NCBI GenBank assembly: GCA_964016885.1
Contig: OZ024742.1
Span: 227,292,001 to 227,356,000 of the forward strand
Reading direction: 5' to 3'
Origin: Eledone cirrhosa
Lineage: Eukaryota
Length of the DNA: 64,000 nucleotides
Part shown: positions 55,778-64,000 of the stretch, one piece after another
Numbering within the stretch: the stretch's first letter is position 1
Layout: the number at the start of each line of letters is the position of its first letter
Program-made: the position numbers and the translations under genes
The notes under the pieces: generated by a model
Told to the model about the DNA's origin: nothing
What the model saw: only the letters and a program-made list of their open reading frames with translations
Database searches by the model: none

Positions 55778-58700
55778 ATATAGACCCCATAGATATACAG
55801 TGGTACATAGTGATACACACACACAGATACACAGTGGTACATAGTGTTACACACACATAGATATACAGTGATACATAATGATATACACACACAAATATAC
55901 AGTGTTACATAGTAATACACACACATAGATATACAGTAATACATAGTGATACACACATAGATACACAGTGGTACATAGTGATACACACACATAGATACAC
56001 AGTAATACATAGTGATACACACACATAGATACACAGTGGTACATAGTGTTACACACACATAGATACACAGTGGTACATAGTGATACACACATAGATACAC
56101 AGTGATACATAGTGATATACACACATAGATATACAGGGGTACATAGTGATACACACACACAGATACACAGTGATACATAGTGATACACACATAGATACAC
56201 AGTAATACATAGTGATACACACACATAGATACACAGTGGTACATAGTGATACACACACATAGATACACAGTGATACATAGTGATACACACACACAGATAT
56301 ACAGTGATACATAGTGATACACACACATAGATACACAGTTGTACATAATGATACACACACATAGATATACTGTGGTACATAGTGTTACACACACATAGAT
56401 ACATAGTGGTACATAGTGATACACACACATAGATACACAGTGGTACATAGTGATACACACACATAGATACACAGTGGTACACAGTGATACACACACATAG
56501 ATACACAGTGATATATAGTGATACACACATAGATACACAGTGGTACATAGTGATACACACACATAGATACACAGTGATACATAGTGATACACACACACAG
56601 ATATACAGTGATACATAGTGATACACACACATAGATACACAGTTGTACATAATGATACACACACATAGATACACAGTGGTGATATATAGTGATACACACA
56701 CATAGATACATAGTAATATATAGAGTTACACACACATAGATACACACTGATACATAGTGATACATAGTGATACATAGTGATACATAATGATATACACACA
56801 CAGATATACAGTGGTACATAGTGATACATACACATAAATACACAGTAATACATAGCGATACACACAGAGATACACAGTGGTACATAGTGATACACACACA
56901 CAGATACACAGTGTTACATAGTGATACACACACATAGATACACAGTGACACATAGTGATATACACACACAGATATACAGTGTACATAGTGATACACACAC
57001 ATAGATACACAGTGACACATAGTGATATACACACACAGATATACAGTGTACATAGTGATACACACACACAGATATACAGTGATACATAGTGATACACATA
57101 CATAGATACACAGTGGTACATAGTGATACACACATAGATACACAGTGATATATAGTGATACACACACATAGATACACAGTGGTACATAGTGATATACACA
57201 TAGATATAAAGTGATACATAGTGTTACACACACACAGATACACAGTGTTACATAGTGATACACACACATAGATACACAGTGGTACATAGTGATATACACA
57301 CATAGATACACAGTGATACATAGTGATACACACACAGATACACAGTGGTACATAGTGATACACACACAGATATACAGTGGTACATAGTGTTACACACATA
57401 GATACACAGTGATACATAGTGATACACACACATCGATACACAGTGGTAGATAGTGATATACACATAGATACACATTGATACATAGTGATACACACACACA
57501 CAGATACACAGTGATACATAGAGATACACACACATAGATACACAGTGATACATAGTGATATACACACATAGATACACAGTGGACCATAGTGATATACACA
57601 CATAGATATACAGTGTACATAGTGATACACACACATAGATACACAGTGACACATAGTGATACACATACATAGATACACAGTGGTACATAGTGATACACAC
57701 ATAGATACACAGTGATATATAGTGATACACACACATAGATACACAGTGATATATAGTGATACACACATAGATATACAGTGGTACATAGTGATACACACAC
57801 ATAGATACACAGTCATACACAGTGGTACACACACATAGATACACAGTGGTACATAGTGATACACACACATAGATACACAGTGATACATAGTGATTCACAC
57901 ACATAGATACACAGTGGAAAATAGTGATACACACACACAGATACACAGTGGTACATAGTGATACACACACATAGATACACAGTGATACATAGTGATACAC
58001 ACATAGATACACAGTGGTACATAGTGATACACATACATAGATACACAGTAATACATTGTGATACACACACATAGATACACAGTGATACATAGTGATACAC
58101 ACACATAGATACACAGTGATACATAGTGATACACACAGAGATACACAGTGGTACATAGTGATACACACACATAGATACACAGTGGTACATAGTGATACAC
58201 ACACATAGATATACAGTAATACATAGTGATACACAGATAGATACACAGTAATACATAGTTATACACACACATAGATACACAATGATACATAGTGATATAC
58301 ACACATAGATACACAGTGATACATAGTGATACACCCACATGGATACACAGTGGTATATAGTGATATACACACACAGATACACAGTGGTACATAGTAATAT
58401 ACACATAGATACACAGTGGTACATTGTGATACACATAGATACACAGTGGTACATAGTGATACATAGTGATACACACACATAGATACACAGTGGTACATAG
58501 TGATACACACACATAGCTACACAATGTTACATAGTGATACACACACATAGATACACAGGGTTACATAGTGATACACACATATAGATATACAGTAATACAT
58601 AGTGATATAGACACGTACATACACAGTGATATATAGTGATATACACACATAGATACACAGTAATACATAGTGGTACACACACATAGATACACACTGATAT

Positions 58701-60941
58701 ATAGTGATATACACACATAGATACACAGTAATACATAGTGATGCACACACATAGATACACAGACATACATAGTGATACAAACACATAGACACACACTAAT
58801 ACATAGTGATACACATACATAGATACATTCTTATACATAGTGATACACACACATAGATACACAGGGATACACAATGATACACATACATAGACACACACTA
58901 ATACATAGTGGTACACACACATAGATACATTCTGATACATAGTGATTCACACACATAGATACACAGTGATACATAGTGATACACACACAGTGATACATAG
59001 TGATACACACATAGATACACAGTGATACATAGTGATACATAGTGTTACACACACATGGATACACAGTGATACATAGTGATACACACACATAGATACACAG
59101 TGATACATAGCGATACACACACATAGATACACAGTGATACATAGTGTTACACACACATAGATACACAGTGATACATAGTGATACACACACATAGATATAC
59201 AGTGGTACATAGTGATACACACACATAGATACACAGAGATACATAGTGTTACACACACATAGATACACAGTGATACATAGTGTTACACACACATAGATAT
59301 ACAGTGGTACATAGTGATACACACACATAGATACACAGTGATACATAGTGTTACACACACATAGATACACAGTGATACATAGTGTTACACACACATAGAT
59401 ACACGGTGGTACATAGTGATACACACATAGATATACAATAATACATAGTGATATACACACATAGATATACTGTAATACATGTATCACTATGTACCACTGT
59501 GTACACAGTGGTACACACACATAGATACACAGTGGTACACACACACACAGATACACAGTGGTACACAGTGATACACACACATAGATACACAGTGATACAC
59601 ACTCACATAGATACACAGTGATACACAGTGATACACACACATAGATACACAGTGGTACACAGTGATACACACACATAGATACACAGTGGTACACAGTGAT
59701 ACACACTCACATAGATACACAGTGATACACAGTGTTACACACACATAGATATACAGTGGTCCATAGTGATATACACACACATAGATATACAGTGATACAC
59801 ACACATAGATACACAGTGGTACACACACACACAGATACACAGTGGTACACAGTGATACACACACATAGATACACAGTGGTACACACACACACAGATACAC
59901 AGTGGTACACACACACAGATACACAGTGGTACACAGTGATACACACACATAGATACACAGTGGTACACACACACACAGATACACAGTGGTACACAGTGAT
60001 ACACACACACAGATACACAGTGGTACACAGTGATACACACACATAGATACACAGTGATACACAGTGATACACTCTCACATTGATACACAGTGATACACAG
60101 TGATACACACACAGTGGTACACAGTGATACACACACATAGATACACAGTGGTACACAGTGATACACACACATAGATACACAGTGATACACAGTGTTACAC
60201 ACACATAGATACACAGTGATACACAGTGATACACACTCACATAGATACACAGTGATACACAGTGTTACACACACATAGATATACAGTGGTCCATAGTGAT
60301 ATACACACACACACATAGATATACAATAATACATAGTGATACACACATAGAGACACAGTGATACACAGTGATACATAGTAATACACACACATAGATACAC
60401 AGTAATACATAGTGATACACACACATAGATACACAGTGACACATAGTAATATACACACATACATACACAGTGATACATAGTGTTACACACACAGATACAC
60501 AGTGACACATAGTGATACACACACATAGATACACAGTGATACACACATAGATACACAGTGGTACACAGTGATACACACACATAGATACACAGTGATACAC
60601 AGTGATACACACTCACATAGATACACAGTGATACACAGTGATACACACTCACATAGATACACAGTGATACACAGTGATACACACACATAGATACACAGTG
60701 ATACACAGTGATACACAGTGATACACACACAGATACACAGTGATACACAGTGATATACACACATAGATACACAGTGATACACAGTGATACACACTCACAT
60801 AGGTACATAGTGATACATACACATAGATACATACTGATACATAGTGATACACACACATAGATACACAATAATACATAGTTATACACACATAGATATACGA
60901 TGATACATATTGATACACACATATAGATATACAGTGATACA

Positions 60942-61131
60942 TAATTGTTTCTACTTTAGGCACAAGGCCAGCAATTAACCAGTGCATTACTGGTACTTTA
61001 TTTTATCGACCCCGTAAGGATGAAAGGCAAAGTCAACCTCGGCGGGATTTGAACTCAGATCGTAAAGGGACGTAACTATGCTGGAAAGCATGGCGTCCGA
61101 CACTCTACCGATACTGCCAAACCACCGCCCT
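60942..61131 (-). mobile_element. Full-length OK-like SINE in the satellite, 14-bp TSD
   Basis: CAGTGATACATAAT on both sides. Confidence 0.93.
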
Positions 61132-62814
61132 CAGTGATACATAATGTTACACAAACATAGAATACACAGTGATACATAGTTATACACACACATAGATACA
61201 CAGTGATACATATTGATACACACACATAGATACACAGTGATACATATTGATACACACACATAGATACACAGTGATACATAGTTATACACACACATAGATA
61301 CACAGTGATACATATTGATACACACACATAGATACACAGTGATACATATTGATACACACACATAGATACACAGTGGTACACAGTGATACACACACATAGA
61401 TACACAGTGATACATAGTGATACACACACATAGATATACAGTGGTACATAGTGATACACACACATAGATACACAGTGATACATATTGATACACACACATA
61501 GATATAAAGTGATACATAGTGTTACACACACATAGATACAAAGTGGTACATAGTGATACACACACATAGATATACAGTAATACATAGTGATACACACATA
61601 GATACGAAGTGGTACATAGTGATACACACACATAGATATACAGGGGTACATAGTGATACACACACACAGATACACAGTGGTACATAGTGATACACACACA
61701 TAGATACACAGTGATACATAGTGATACACACACATAGATACACAGTGGTACATAGTGATACACACACACAGATACACAGTGATATATAGTGATACACACA
61801 TAGATACACAGTGGTACATAGTGATACACACACATAGATACACAGTGGTGATATATAGTGATACACACACATAGATACACAGTGGTACATAGTGATACAC
61901 ACACATAGATACACAGTGGCACATAGTGATACACACATATAGATATACAGGGTTACATAGTGATACACACACACAGATACACAGTGATATATAGTGATAC
62001 ACACACAGATATACAGTGGTACATAGTGATACACACACATAGATACACAGTGATACATAGTGTTACACACACATAGATACACAGTGATACATAGTGATAC
62101 ACACACATAGATACACAGTGATACATAGTGATAGACACACATAGATATACAGGGGTACATAGTGATACACACACATAGATACACAGTGATACATAGTGAT
62201 AGACACACATAGATATACAGGGGTACATAGTGATACACACACATAGATACACAGTGATACATAGTGTTACACACACACAGATATACAGTGATACACAGTG
62301 ATACACACACATAAATACACAGTAATACATTATAATACACACTGATTCATAGTGTTACACACACATAGATACACAGTGATACGTAGTGTTATACACACAC
62401 ATAGATACACAGTGATACATAGTGATACACACATAGATACACACTGATACATAGTGATATACACACATAGATACACAGTGATACACAGACATAGATACAC
62501 AGTGATACATAGTGTTACACGCACATAGATACACAGTGATACATAGTGATATATAGTGATACACACACATAGATACACAGTGATACATAGTGATATATAG
62601 TGATACACACACATAGATACACAGTGATACATAGTGATATATAGTGATACACACACATAGATACACAGTGATACATAGTGATATATAGTGATACACACAC
62701 ATAGATACACAGTGATACATAGTGATACACACATAATTACACAGTGATACATAGTGATACACACACATAGTTATATATCTAAATATCTAAATAAATATAT
62801 ATATGTGGGGGGGG

Positions 62815-63021
62815 GGGCGTATTTGTATATCTAGCGTTATACGGCATGTTTACGAATAAACGTTTGAAAGCCTTTAGCTATGAAATTTGGAAGTCGATGA
62901 CTGGAGCCATTCACTTTTCGTTGCTTTTTAATGAGACATGGTTTTGTTATTGTTGTCTTTTGCTCCCCGTCGGATATGGAGAGTTGACAGGTCTGCATTC
63001 GTGATCGAAGGGGGCCTTATC

Positions 63022-63097
<76 letters not shown>

Positions 63098-63530
63098 ACA
63101 TATACATATAGGATAAAGGCCCCCTTCGATCACGAATGCAGGCCTGTCAACACTCCATATCCGACGGGGAGTTCTCCCAACCACCTGTGTGTGTGGGGAG
63201 GGGGGGGGGAGATGACTTCACTTGTGAAAATGGTTATAGCCTTATATGAAATCTTTCTATTCTACCCCATTTCTTCCCATTTTAGACCCTCTTTTTCTTG
63301 GTACTCCCCGTTTGATTTTTTGTAATCATTCAAATACAAACAAGCAAAAGGTGACATTATAATACAGGTCAAACTCATAAAGCAAAAAACAACAACAATA
63401 ACAAAACCATCTCTCATTAAAAAGCAACGAAAAGTTGATGGCTCCAGTCATCAACTTCCAAAATTCATAACTAAAGGCTTTCAAATGTTTATTCGTAAAC
63501 ATGCCGTATATCGCTAGATATACAAATACA
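62815..63530. repeat. Inverted duplication centred on (GT)n
   Basis: 62819-62963 pairs with 63380-63529 and 62963-63025 pairs with 63108-63172. Confidence 0.88.
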
Positions 63531-63821
63531 CACACTCACACACACGCTCCCCGCCCACCCACATATATATATTTATTTATATATATGTTTATAATGATAA
63601 TGGTTTGTGTGGGACCATTCACATATTTTGGTACTGCTGATAGTAACGGTTGGTGCAAAAATGCCACAAGAATGATGAACACCAGACATCAAGCTTTCTG
63701 TTCAGAGTTTTTCATCTCATGAGGCGAGCTATTGCGTGCAAGACACCAACCTGGTATATTAATTCCACGCACATATCCATGCCTCCATCCAACAAATTAT
63801 TGTATATATTTTTCCAGTTTT

Positions 63822-63899
<78 letters not shown>

Positions 63900-63960
63900 A
63901 ATATAATGCATATTAAAAAAGTTTTAAAAGGAGAAAGAAATTAAAAGATGAACAGGTTAA

Positions 63961-64000
63961 TCTATATATTACTAAAAGTTTGTAATTGCTTGCTTGTCTG
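63961..64000 (+). mobile_element. Possible Helitron 5' end
   Basis: A|TCTATATATTACTAAAAG start; runs off the window. Confidence 0.4.

Larger units (their letters stand above)
49268..62770. repeat. 13.5-kb satellite; 34-bp consensus AGTGATACAT-AGTGATACAC-ACACATAGAT-ACAC (32-36 bp variants)
   Basis: Period measured at 50164 to 50198; built from a 10-bp AGTGATACAY subunit; accounts for the CITMYH/VYLCV ORFs. Confidence 0.97.

Noticed and set aside
49226-62768. Cys/His/Tyr-rich ORFs up to 596 aa suggesting a metal-binding or structural protein
   Set aside because: They come from the satellite's minus strand, shift frame with each 2-bp unit variant, and overlap in all three frames
49268-62770. 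CRISPR-like periodicity of ~34 bp
   Set aside because: Continuous tandem repeat with no unique spacers and no cas genes; eukaryotic context

Overview
AT-rich, repeat-saturated animal DNA with no convincing host gene. The tRNA-derived SINE families and the extreme (TA)n/(CA)n content suggest an octopod cephalopod (inference). Nearly all ORFs in the supplied track are microsatellite or satellite artefacts. Positions 1-46800 are a nest of mobile elements: (i) Penelope-like elements (PLEs), including a decayed near-full-length copy at 16354-20207 (-) (RT YVDD plus C-terminal GIY-YIG) with a 793-bp inverted duplicate, and fragments of a second PLE lineage (RT GLYRDD; endonuclease ending WSLKD...CxLC...LN...CxH); (ii) about a dozen hand-foldable minimal type-I hammerhead ribozyme (HHR) motifs from several families, mostly in short non-coding PLE termini lodged in (TA)n arrays, plus a family of hairpins carrying only the GAAA...GUC half of a hammerhead; (iii) an R4/Dong-type LINE 3' end, RTE-like 5' UTR fragments, Tc1/mariner, pogo, hAT and 9-bp-TSD MITEs, and Helitrons. 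One Helitron keeps an intact spliced 107-aa STPR-repeat mini-ORF that the ORF track missed. Positions 49270-62770 are a 34-bp satellite with a 5.2-6.1 kb tandem higher-order duplication, a SINE-marked breakpoint and short internal inversions. All folds, alignments and family names come from manual reading, not database searches.
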